This document shows positions 10,114 through 18,681 of a stretch of 59,908 nt of DNA, in pieces. Made by a program: the position numbers and the translations under genes. Origin of the DNA: a virus (taxonomy: Duplodnaviria; Caudoviricetes); the IMG/VR virus record IMGVR_UViG_3300032323_002596, positions 1-59,908 of that record. One strand, written 5' to 3'. How positions within the stretch are numbered: position 1 is the first letter of the stretch; each line of letters opens with the position of its first letter. Below the pieces are notes generated by a model. That model was not told where the DNA came from. It saw only the letters and a list, made by a program, of their open reading frames with translations, and searched no databases.

Positions 10114-10722
10114 TTAACAAGCTGTGTAACTGCTAATTGTATTACCAAATGGTCCGCCCATATTACAAACTTGATCTTGAGCTGCGAAATAAATGCTAAG
10201 ATACTGACCATAAAGAGGTCTGTTATATGGAACAGTTAGTCCTGCATCCATATACAAACTAACACCGATATTTAATGATAGAGTATTAGCATATACTGTA
10301 ATCATTGGGTTAATACGTGCACACGCATCAAGTGGATCAGATGCACCATAAGCCATGAAAGCGTATGATGAAACTGCACTAGTAGTAGTTGTTGTAGTAG
10401 GTGCAGCAGTTGTAGTTGTTGTAGTAGGCGCAGTAGTAGTGGTTGTAGTTGTACCAGAACCAATCGCTATTACGCCACTCTCACTTATAGTAATTGGATA
10501 TACTACAGAAGTATTTGTCAATAACTGTACGCCATACCAACTTGTTCCATCTCCATAAATAGGTTGTGTTAATCTACTATCAGCATATAATACATTAGCA
10601 GTTGTTAATGTGCTTGTTGTAGTATATACTATTTGAGTGCCCTGATCAACTCCTATAAGATTTGCCTGAAAGGCATCAGGGTATGTATTTTTAGACAATA
10701 CATAAGCTATTGAATTTGCCAT
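10114..10722 (-). CDS. Putative virion decoration protein, two domains joined by a Thr-rich linker
   Basis: 202 aa; LYADSRLTQP and LYMDAGLTVP on either side of TTTTTTTAPTTTTTTAAPTTTTTTS. Confidence 0.6.
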   Translation of the reverse strand: MANSIAYVLSKNTYPDAFQANLIGVDQGTQIVYTTTSTLTTANVLYADSRLTQPIYGDGTSWYGVQLLTNTSVVYPITISESGVIAIGSGTTTTTTTAPTTTTTTAAPTTTTTTSAVSSYAFMAYGASDPLDACARINPMITVYANTLSLNIGVSLYMDAGLTVPYNRPLYGQYLSIYFAAQDQVCNMGGPFGNTISSYTAC

Positions 10723-10723
10723 T

Positions 10724-11071
10724 TTATTCTATTTTTAAATATTTACCAATAATACCAAATGCCACTAAACCACTAGCGGCAATTGATGTAACATCAGCTT
10801 TTGATGTTAAATTTACTCCAGAAACAGATATCCAGTTAATTGGCACTTCAGGTGCTGGTAATAATTGACCAGTAATAGCGCCATCATCATTTGTTGTGCT
10901 AAAATTAATTGTACCAGAAGGGCTTACTAATTGAACTACAGCCGAATCCCATCCAGATAAATCCTGATAGAAGCTGTTGTTCGCATTAAATGATTCAGTT
11001 GCATCTACAACTGTACTAATTTTTGAACTAAATTTTTGTAGTCTTATTAAAAGTTTACTAACCGTTGCCAT
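10724..11071 (-). CDS. Putative small structural protein
   Basis: 115 aa, beta-rich composition, A-rich initiation region, between portal and scaffold. Confidence 0.55.
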   Translation of the reverse strand: MATVSKLLIRLQKFSSKISTVVDATESFNANNSFYQDLSGWDSAVVQLVSPSGTINFSTTNDDGAITGQLLPAPEVPINWISVSGVNLTSKADVTSIAASGLVAFGIIGKYLKIE

Positions 11072-11097
11072 TTTTTTATTTTTTTAATTTTTATTTA

Positions 11098-13560
11098 TTA
11101 TTGTTGCATTTGTTGAGCCATCATTTGTTCCTGCATCATCTGCTCCTCCATCATTTGTTGATCCTCTGGAGACATCTCCTCTTCTTCGCCCTGCTGAGGC
11201 TCCATTTGTTCGCCTTCTCCGCCTTGTTGCTGCATCGCCGCTTGTTGCTGTTGCATTTCCTCCATTTGCATTTGCTGCATTTGCTTTTCAATTTGATCAT
11301 TTTCCATTACTAATGGCATCTCAACATTTTGCAACATTTCAGCTAACAAAGGTCTTAATTCAACCGGAACAGGTATATTAGCCTTAGCCAAATCAAACAT
11401 TCCTTGTATAACAATCGCTCTTTCTTTTGCTTGAGTTTGTTTTTCTAATAAAGCAGCATCACCCTCAGCTTTAGCTTGCATACTTGCTTGTTGAATTTGA
11501 GCATTTTGCTGACTATTGTTAGCTGCGTTTTCTTGTTCATTTTTTATAAATCTTTTTTGCGCTTGTCTAAAATATAATTCAGCTAATTCAACATTTTCCT
11601 TAGCAATTCTAACAATCTTAAATGGATCTAAATACATTACTAATTGAGGATTTGATGCCATAGCATTGTTCATCATTATTTGCAAATTAGCAATTTCTTG
11701 AGCTTGTGGCAACATTCTAACCGTAGCCACAAAGTTTCTATCTACAACATCAGACTCTTTTAATAAATTTCTGTATTTCTTTGCTCCATAAGTAACGCTC
11801 TTATTTAATAAACATGCTATTTTTTTACATGTTTCTTCCATAACATAAATATATGCATCATACATATATTCTGTAGCATTATTAGCTAAAACTCTTGATG
11901 CCTCAATATTTGAAGCAGCAACTCTTGGTTGAGCAGCTTGGTTCATCAAATTAGGATCTTCACCAAGTTCGTCTTTTAAAACTTGATAATGGAATTGATA
12001 CAACTGAATTAAAGATTGCAATTGAGGCGAAAATCCTGAATTTGCTAATTCTGTAATTGGCACAGGTATTCTATTTCCTTCGGCATCTCTACCACGATAG
12101 TAAAGCTTACCAGTTTGTTCCCAAATCTTTTGAACGTCTAATGGCTTTACAGAGTCACCCAGTCCCAAATCTAACTCCTGCATTGCATCCACATCTATAG
12201 CGGCACCTGCCGGCACCATCTTAGCTACTAATTGTTGTATCTTTAATCTAGCTAAAATCATTTGTTCAATTGGCTCTTCAATCTTTTCTGGCACAGCTAC
12301 ATTACGCATGTCATATGGATCATACATATAGAAGCTATAAGAAAATTCTGCGTTGCCAATTTCTTTTGGATCTTGCGGGCGAATCATGTTTTTCTTAATT
12401 CCCCACTTAATCATTTTTTGAGTAACTGGACAATATACACCTTCGTATATATTCCACTTTTTCTCTTCTAAATATTGCTGATTTTCATCTAATTTTTCTG
12501 GCTTACCTTTTCTTATGATAGTGCTACCGTTTTTCTTCGTCTTAGTAACAGTATATCCATCAGAATCTAAAGTCTTAATTTCAAATTGCATTAAATCAAT
12601 ATTCCATTCGTCATATGGTCTTAACCATGCAACGTTCCAATCTTGCATCCACTTAATCTTATCTGTAAGTTGGTATTCTTTTGAAGATTGAGCTAATTCA
12701 AATATATCTTCTTCGCTTAATGTTCCGCCACTTTCTTTACCATATCTTGCTCTTATTTCGCTAATCTTCATTGATAAGATATGACCTCTATAAGTAGTAT
12801 CTCTAAAATCAGGGAAATCAGAATAAGAATAAATTGCATTTTCTGGGCGAATCCATTGAACATGAATTTCACCTTCTTCATCCATCCATGTATAAGTACA
12901 TACTAATCCAACCTCTGCTGAATCGTGTAATAATCTTTGTTTTAAAACATCATTCCATCCATTAGCCTCTAATACATTATTGCAACCAAGACTATATTGT
13001 ATCTCTTCTGGTAAATGATTAAATTCTGTAATCCATCTATCTAACTCGTCTTTATCTTCTGCAACAAATTGGTCTGGAGATATAATTGGTATTCCAGACT
13101 CTTGTTGAATTTGTCCCAATATCTCTTTATTCTGAAACACAAACTCTGCTTCATCTGCTGCATTTTTTTTAAGCATTGCAGAGGCGCTATCAGTAGCTGT
13201 AACAGTAACCTTTTCATTTCTACTCATCCATGATCCAACTAATCTTGCAACAATTGTATTACCAATAATAATTGACTTCCAATTGATATTTACAAAGTTA
13301 GCTTTACTGTTCATCTCTAAACGATCCATAAACACACTCATGTCTATTTTACCGTTTGCGATTTGTCTATTTTTTCTAAATCTATTATTTCTTAACCAAA
13401 AATAAGTTTGATTACCATAGATTGTAGAATAAATGCTTTGTGCAACATTTTTACCATAGGTATAATCTTTTTTAGAAGATACGTCTGTAGTAATTTGGAA
13501 TTTTTTTAAAGCCTCCCCATTACTATTTGCTGCTGATATGTATAAAGGACTATCTGCCAA
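11098..13560 (-). CDS. Portal protein
   Basis: 820 aa directly after TerL; size and position as in crAss-like portals; TTG start; Q/M/E-rich C-terminal tail. Confidence 0.8.
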   Translation of the reverse strand: MADSPLYISAANSNGEALKKFQITTDVSSKKDYTYGKNVAQSIYSTIYGNQTYFWLRNNRFRKNRQIANGKIDMSVFMDRLEMNSKANFVNINWKSIIIGNTIVARLVGSWMSRNEKVTVTATDSASAMLKKNAADEAEFVFQNKEILGQIQQESGIPIISPDQFVAEDKDELDRWITEFNHLPEEIQYSLGCNNVLEANGWNDVLKQRLLHDSAEVGLVCTYTWMDEEGEIHVQWIRPENAIYSYSDFPDFRDTTYRGHILSMKISEIRARYGKESGGTLSEEDIFELAQSSKEYQLTDKIKWMQDWNVAWLRPYDEWNIDLMQFEIKTLDSDGYTVTKTKKNGSTIIRKGKPEKLDENQQYLEEKKWNIYEGVYCPVTQKMIKWGIKKNMIRPQDPKEIGNAEFSYSFYMYDPYDMRNVAVPEKIEEPIEQMILARLKIQQLVAKMVPAGAAIDVDAMQELDLGLGDSVKPLDVQKIWEQTGKLYYRGRDAEGNRIPVPITELANSGFSPQLQSLIQLYQFHYQVLKDELGEDPNLMNQAAQPRVAASNIEASRVLANNATEYMYDAYIYVMEETCKKIACLLNKSVTYGAKKYRNLLKESDVVDRNFVATVRMLPQAQEIANLQIMMNNAMASNPQLVMYLDPFKIVRIAKENVELAELYFRQAQKRFIKNEQENAANNSQQNAQIQQASMQAKAEGDAALLEKQTQAKERAIVIQGMFDLAKANIPVPVELRPLLAEMLQNVEMPLVMENDQIEKQMQQMQMEEMQQQQAAMQQQGGEGEQMEPQQGEEEEMSPEDQQMMEEQMMQEQMMAQQMQQ

Positions 13561-13578
13561 TTTGAGTATATTTTACGT

Positions 13579-13586
13579 CAAATATA
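13579..13586 (-). promoter_or_regulatory. Bacteroidota -7 promoter element upstream of portal
   Basis: TATATTTG lying within the inverted repeat AGTATATTT-N6-AAATATACT (13565-13588). Confidence 0.55.
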
Positions 13587-13616
13587 CTAAATATTAAGAA
13601 TTTAGTAAAATTTTAA

Positions 13617-15665
13617 TTAATTAAATACAGGAACATAACTTTTAACTAGTGGTTCTCTTTTAACCTGCTTCTGAATTGGCTCCATTAAACAAACAATCAA
13701 CATTAAAAATGATACCGTAATGTCATAGTCTGTTCTATTATTGGGATCAAACTTTTTGGCATCTTCAAGCAAGTTTTCAAAATCAATTGAATCAATATGA
13801 GACTCAAAATACATAATGCCGACATCGGTTTGCTTGGTTAAGCTAAATGGCGTAGTCGGGAATCCCTTGTGCCTATCTGCTGTCTCCCTTTTTGATGGAT
13901 CTATTGTGGATAAGGGATAGGAACCTAAATACCCAACCCTACCTCTATCTCTAAAATATGATAAATAATCATCACTATTATGCTCGTACCAAGCCTGATA
14001 ACCATAAAATTCGGCAGCTAAAAGGACTTGTTCGTGTAATATTTCTTTAATTGGCGGCCTTCCATACAAATGCCCTATTGCCTTACCGGTCTGTTCCGGA
14101 TTTAACAAATCATATCTTCTACCTATCCAAGCAGATGCTTTTGAACCATATTTACCACCCTGACTATTACTATACCCGTCAATTGCAATAGCTCCATCAT
14201 GTACTCTTCCTGGCTTTCTAGTCTTAACATCAAATGTGTGCTTATTCTCTTCACCTGGTTTTGGGAATTGGGTTATTACCCAATGAAAATCTTCTTCTTT
14301 ATCTGTAATGTTTCTCCATCTAACCGTTTGGTCTAAGTCTCTATAAAATATAACATGTCTCTTTAATACAGGATTTTCTTTTAAATATTGCTCTCTTGAA
14401 CCAATGTTCATTACATTAAAAATACATTTATCAGAATCTGTACTAAAAGCTTCATCAATAGTCAATGGCTCTTTTCTTACACGCGCAGATAATGCTCTTG
14501 GGTTGTTTTTAACTGTTTCCCTATCTGCCAATATTTGGTCTAAGGTTTTATTTTCATCAGGATAACCAAAATCATCAAAGTTTCTAGTTCGTTTAGCAGA
14601 CATAAAGAATCTATAAAGGCCACTTGAAGTTGTGCCATTATCTTGCCTTTTATCCTGATTACTTTCCTCCCATAATAATTTAAACGCATCTTGTACTCCA
14701 TCTTTTTCTGTTGTTAATTTTTCAACCGTTGTAGTATATAATGCCTTGCCAATGATTTTACCCTCATCATCCAATAAACAATAACGGACAACCTCGTGCC
14801 TATCGTAAACATTTACCTCCGTTGTTTTACCGCACTCGTCAGCAACATATCTATGCAATTTCTGTCCGTCATATGCAACCGTATCAGCTGACTGATGGTC
14901 AATAATTGAACCCAATTCATCCTTATCTACACTCTCCTCTGCCTTTTTACCTCTTACATTGGTTTTTTGGAACCTCATCTCTGTCTTAGGATTTACCCCC
15001 AAAGACATATCGTATTCCGGTCTAAAAAACTTAGGGAGCCTTCTAAATGGATTTACAACAGTTTTAGCAAAGAATTTCTTGGCATCCGAACCTGTTTTAG
15101 ACTGAATACCACCGTTGGTCATTTTTGTCCTAGTTATATATTCGGTAACAAACAATCCTGCTACAAATGATTTACCAAAACGCCTTTTAGTAACTTCTAG
15201 CATCCCCATACATAATGGATCTTGGATGCAATAGTCCATGAAATAAAATTTCTCTAAATCTGGAATACGAAATTTAGGATAACCAATATCTATTGGCCAC
15301 CATTGTAAATACAAATAATGCAACCCCGTTAAAAAAGTAGGCACTCCATTATTCATGTACCAAAAACCATTTAATCTTCTATCCCACTCTTGCTTTTTAA
15401 ATTCCTCAAGCTTTTCGTCATAAAACTCTACATCGTCATCCTTTTTCTTTTTGTCAAATTCATCCCACCTTTTCATAGTATCTAAATACCAATCAGGCAA
15501 AGGCATCCTTTTCCAATACTGTTCTGACTGAATTTCAGATCTTTTATAAACACCCCTAAATTCTACTTGCTTTGTAATTATATTAAATACATAGCCTTCA
15601 GGAGGTAAATTACATTTTAACCCCTGAATATCTATAACACTACCACCTTCAATTTTTTCGTACAT
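13617..15665 (-). CDS. terL: Terminase large subunit
   Basis: Walker A KRRFGKS, Walker B YVADECGK, RNase-H-like nuclease aspartates (AIAIDGY … TDYDITVS). Confidence 0.9.
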   Translation of the reverse strand: MYEKIEGGSVIDIQGLKCNLPPEGYVFNIITKQVEFRGVYKRSEIQSEQYWKRMPLPDWYLDTMKRWDEFDKKKKDDDVEFYDEKLEEFKKQEWDRRLNGFWYMNNGVPTFLTGLHYLYLQWWPIDIGYPKFRIPDLEKFYFMDYCIQDPLCMGMLEVTKRRFGKSFVAGLFVTEYITRTKMTNGGIQSKTGSDAKKFFAKTVVNPFRRLPKFFRPEYDMSLGVNPKTEMRFQKTNVRGKKAEESVDKDELGSIIDHQSADTVAYDGQKLHRYVADECGKTTEVNVYDRHEVVRYCLLDDEGKIIGKALYTTTVEKLTTEKDGVQDAFKLLWEESNQDKRQDNGTTSSGLYRFFMSAKRTRNFDDFGYPDENKTLDQILADRETVKNNPRALSARVRKEPLTIDEAFSTDSDKCIFNVMNIGSREQYLKENPVLKRHVIFYRDLDQTVRWRNITDKEEDFHWVITQFPKPGEENKHTFDVKTRKPGRVHDGAIAIDGYSNSQGGKYGSKASAWIGRRYDLLNPEQTGKAIGHLYGRPPIKEILHEQVLLAAEFYGYQAWYEHNSDDYLSYFRDRGRVGYLGSYPLSTIDPSKRETADRHKGFPTTPFSLTKQTDVGIMYFESHIDSIDFENLLEDAKKFDPNNRTDYDITVSFLMLIVCLMEPIQKQVKREPLVKSYVPVFN

Positions 15666-15667
15666 AA

Positions 15668-16057
15668 TTAATATCTTTTGCCAGCTAATTCGCCTACAGC
15701 ATCAGCCATGTTTTCTGGAGAAAATGGTTTTCTAGTAATTTGAACTTGTTCTTTTTTATCGTCCTTAGCTTCTTGGTTTATGCCAGCAAGCACTTCTAAC
15801 GCCTTTATTGACGAAGAAATCGTACCCGCATCTACCCATATTTTCTGCAACCTCTCAAAAGTTTTAATCTTAGGATCGTCAATATCAATCGCAGTAAGAC
15901 TTGTTTTATTAAGCAATTCAGCCATTTCATTTGCTTTCCTATTAAGAGCATGATACAGCTTTCCAATACCATCTTCTTCATAGTAAGCGTTTTTACTTTG
16001 AAGATAAGATATTTGCCTTTGTAAATCTTTAATTTTATTTTCTAATTCTACTGACAT
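15668..16057 (-). CDS. Putative terminase small subunit
   Basis: 129 aa helical protein immediately upstream of terL; positional inference only. Confidence 0.4.
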   Translation of the reverse strand: MSVELENKIKDLQRQISYLQSKNAYYEEDGIGKLYHALNRKANEMAELLNKTSLTAIDIDDPKIKTFERLQKIWVDAGTISSSIKALEVLAGINQEAKDDKKEQVQITRKPFSPENMADAVGELAGKRY

Positions 16058-16722
16058 TAGTTTAATTTTTTAGCATCAGAAACACTATATCCAACTAACA
16101 AATCTCCATTTTTAACTTTTTCAGTTAATTCATGCTCAACCGATATTACCTCATTTCTATCATTACCATCAGGATAATATCTTAATCTTATTATCTTACC
16201 TTCTGTACCGTCATCATTTTGATAAATAATTTCATAATCGCTTGATATTACAGTACCAACCACATTGCCAGCCAAATCACCACTTGTTACGTAAATCTTA
16301 TTTTTTACTAAAGTAGGCTCTATTCCTTGTAAAAAACCAGTATATGGTTCAAATACCCTCAATCCGGTAATAAAATTATTTAAAGCGTTCCACGTGGAAC
16401 CTTTCTCTGTTCTCCACATAAAACACTCTTCAATAGGAATAGAGAAATATTGCATATCGGAAGATGCCTCTGCCGTAGGTCTTTGGTAGTTGAATATTTT
16501 ATATGTATCATGGGTGGAATTGTGGTGTATCAATATTTCGGCACCTTCTGGTATTCCATTGCCATTTACTACTTCCGCATTAACTGGCTTAACATAACGC
16601 ATATTAAAATTATCATACTGCCTTTCTAGCTTAATTTTAGTACCATCCTTAAATGTGTGGCTATTCTTACTTTCTAAATCAACTTTAATAACAACTCGGT
16701 TTGCAGGAGCCTTCAGTTTCAT
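16057..16722 (-). CDS. Divergent GroES-like protein
   Basis: N-terminus MKLKAPANRVVIKV…KDGTKIKL…VKPVNAEVV…IPEGAEILIHH follows the Cpn10 pattern; 221 aa. Confidence 0.5.
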   Translation of the reverse strand: MKLKAPANRVVIKVDLESKNSHTFKDGTKIKLERQYDNFNMRYVKPVNAEVVNGNGIPEGAEILIHHNSTHDTYKIFNYQRPTAEASSDMQYFSIPIEECFMWRTEKGSTWNALNNFITGLRVFEPYTGFLQGIEPTLVKNKIYVTSGDLAGNVVGTVISSDYEIIYQNDDGTEGKIIRLRYYPDGNDRNEVISVEHELTEKVKNGDLLVGYSVSDAKKLN

Positions 16723-16740
16723 AATTTAATTAATTTAATT

Positions 16741-16800
16741 CAAAGGTAAGGATTTTATTAACTTAATCAATTTTAAATTGCATAAAATATCTTATATTTG
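16741..16800. promoter_or_regulatory. Divergent pair of Bacteroidota -7 promoters
   Basis: TACCTTTG on minus (16741-16748) toward the packaging operon; TATATTTG on plus (16793-16800) toward the paralog pair. Confidence 0.65.
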
Positions 16801-16842
16801 TATTGCCCAAAAAAAATTTATAACAAAAAAAAACAATCAAAA

Positions 16843-17217
16843 ATGGCAAATCATTTATCGGTTTATGTTTATCGTAGAAATCAATACGATTTATCAAACC
16901 CAAACGGAACCCCTGCAACTAGCGGTGTGTTATTTTCATTACCAACTGTTGGATTACAAGTTCAACCTACTACAGTAGTAGCAAATGGCGTACAAATGAA
17001 CTCATTGATTCTTTTGTACCCTAGTGGTCTTAATCAACCAGCTGAAAAGTTATACAGCAATGCAACTGTTGCTGGATTAATTGCAGCTATCAATGGTGGT
17101 GGTATCGCAACAACAACAACTACTACAGTAGCTCCAACCACAACAACTACTACAGTAGCTCCAACCACAACAACTACTACAGTAGCTCCAACCACAACAA
17201 CTACAACAGTAGCTTAA
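16843..17217 (+). CDS. Putative virion protein with C-terminal (TTTTTTVAP)n tail, 124 aa
   Basis: Likely start is ATG 16843 (A-rich leader, downstream of the promoter); paralog of the next gene; 27-bp repeats at about 17107-17214. Confidence 0.75.
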   Translation: MANHLSVYVYRRNQYDLSNPNGTPATSGVLFSLPTVGLQVQPTTVVANGVQMNSLILLYPSGLNQPAEKLYSNATVAGLIAAINGGGIATTTTTTVAPTTTTTTVAPTTTTTTVAPTTTTTTVA

Positions 17218-17254
17218 TTTAAAAAAATTTAAAAACAATTAAAAATATTAAAAA

Positions 17255-17518
17255 ATGGCAAGTATAGTATCAATTACAGCATATCGCAGAAATCAATATG
17301 ATTTATTAAATGCAAACGGAACTCCAGCAACATCTGGTATTGAATACGGATTCCCAGTAGAGGGATTCGCAGCTTATCCATGTCCTTCTGGAACAGTAGC
17401 AAACGGTGTAACTATGAACTCAATTGTTGAGGTAGTTCCAACCGGTTTAAATCAAGTGCCGGTATTATTTTATACTACTTCTACAGTAGCACAGATTAAT
17501 TCAGCAGCAAATGCTTAA
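17255..17518 (+). CDS. Putative virion protein, paralog of upstream gene
   Basis: Shares YRRNQYDLxNxNGTPATSG…VANGVxMNS…PxGLNQ…Y. Confidence 0.75.
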   Translation: MASIVSITAYRRNQYDLLNANGTPATSGIEYGFPVEGFAAYPCPSGTVANGVTMNSIVEVVPTGLNQVPVLFYTTSTVAQINSAANA

Positions 17519-17538
17519 TCTTTTTAAAGATGTAAATG

Positions 17539-17564
17539 AGCCCCTAGTTTTTAGGGGCTTTTTT
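17539..17564 (+). terminator. Intrinsic terminator between convergent units
   Basis: AGCCCCTA-gtttt-TAGGGGCT followed by a T-tract. Confidence 0.8.
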
Positions 17565-17687
17565 ATTTTCTTTATAAACCGTCTTTAGGTTTTTATAAAT
17601 TCTTTCAGCATCATCAATTGTTTTGCCCGCTCCTGCGGCCATTACAACAGACAACCTTCTTAGTTTCTTTGCAGCTTTGTTATTCAT
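17544..17687 (-). CDS. Small basic hypothetical protein, 47 aa
   Basis: MNNKAAKKLRRLSVVMAAGAGKTIDDAERIYKNLKTVYKENKKAPKN; below the ORF-track cutoff. Confidence 0.55.
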   Translation of the reverse strand: MNNKAAKKLRRLSVVMAAGAGKTIDDAERIYKNLKTVYKENKKAPKN

Positions 17688-17696
17688 AATTTAATT

Positions 17697-17819
17697 TTAT
17701 CTCCCCTGACCTCTATATTCTTTAGGCTTTGGAGAGTGCTTGTTATAAGTTTTTTTTGCACTACCAGTCTTTCTTTTACCAAATGTAACCTTCCTGGAAT
17801 CTGATTTTACTTTAGCCAT
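17697..17819 (-). CDS. Small basic protein ending in YRGQGR, 40 aa
   Basis: MAKVKSDSRKVTFGKRKTGSAKKTYNKHSPKPKEYRGQGR; abuts the upstream gene. Confidence 0.6.
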   Translation of the reverse strand: MAKVKSDSRKVTFGKRKTGSAKKTYNKHSPKPKEYRGQGR

Positions 17820-17820
17820 T

Positions 17821-18093
17821 TTATTCGTTATTTAGGATTAATTGGTACGAATATAAGCCATTTTCTAAATATTTTTTATTCAAAATATGACTTCCGAACC
17901 TTTCTTTCCTAAAATCTCTCAATCCGGCTGATACTGAAGCTTCGGGTATATTGGTAATATGAGATATTTCACCCAATGTTCTATACACCCTATCCTTCAT
18001 CAAATCTTTTAATTTAAAATGGTTTTTAGCCAATCTTTTACCATCTTGTTCGTGGTTATAATCGGATCCATCAAATCTTAATTCCTGTTGCAT
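17821..18093 (-). CDS. Putative HTH DNA-binding protein
   Basis: TLGEISHITNIPEASVSAGLRDFRK is HTH-like. Confidence 0.55.
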   Translation of the reverse strand: MQQELRFDGSDYNHEQDGKRLAKNHFKLKDLMKDRVYRTLGEISHITNIPEASVSAGLRDFRKERFGSHILNKKYLENGLYSYQLILNNE

Positions 18094-18097
18094 AGTA

Positions 18098-18322
18098 TTA
18101 TTTTTTGTTTTTAAAATAATCTAAATTCAATTGTCCACCGTCCATAAAATTGGGGTGTACGAGGATGTCATCATCATAAAAGTTCCGCACCATACCACTG
18201 TCGTATAATACGACTTTCCAAACGGTGTTGGTTTGGCTTCCGTAGTCAATCCAGGCAATTGCTTTTCCATATCCTAAAGGGGTTTCTACGTCAATAATAT
18301 TTGTTAATTCGTGTATATACAT
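18098..18322 (-). CDS. Hypothetical protein
   Basis: 74 aa, coupled to ssb (TAATG). Confidence 0.65.
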   Translation of the reverse strand: MYIHELTNIIDVETPLGYGKAIAWIDYGSQTNTVWKVVLYDSGMVRNFYDDDILVHPNFMDGGQLNLDYFKNKK

Positions 18323-18660
18323 TAGAATGGAGTTTCGTCTTGTTTACTAGATAATAATTGAATACTTGTAACTCTTGAATGTAATTGAGCTACAGTTTCT
18401 TTTGTCTTGTCGTTTAAATAATTTTTAGCTTCTGGCTTACCTTCCATGTAAATCAACGTACCTTTCTTAAGATAATTTACAACATTTAATTTGTCTGTCC
18501 AATAAGCACAAGAAACCCATGTAGTTTTATCTACATCTTGTCCTTGTTGGTTTTTAAACTTTTCACTGTAGGCCATTGAGAAATTAATCACCGTCTTACC
18601 GTTCACTTCATTAACCACTGCATCTTGTCCTAATCTTCCGATTACTGAAATTCTAATCAT
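18322..18660 (-). CDS. ssb: Single-stranded DNA-binding protein
   Basis: IGRLGQDA…FSMA…TTWVSC…YLKKGTLIYMEGK; acidic C-terminus DETPF. Confidence 0.92.
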   Translation of the reverse strand: MIRISVIGRLGQDAVVNEVNGKTVINFSMAYSEKFKNQQGQDVDKTTWVSCAYWTDKLNVVNYLKKGTLIYMEGKPEAKNYLNDKTKETVAQLHSRVTSIQLLSSKQDETPF

Positions 18661-18681
18661 TGTTTTTTGTTTTTATTGTTA

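Noticed and set aside
149-15170. Plus-strand ORFs 149, 1734, 3107, 4779, 4891, 5282, 7418, 10355, 11065, 12262, 14967 and their mirrors
   Set aside because: Antisense shadows of long minus-strand genes; the poly-Val and Leu/His-rich ones simply mirror Thr and Gln/Met repeats
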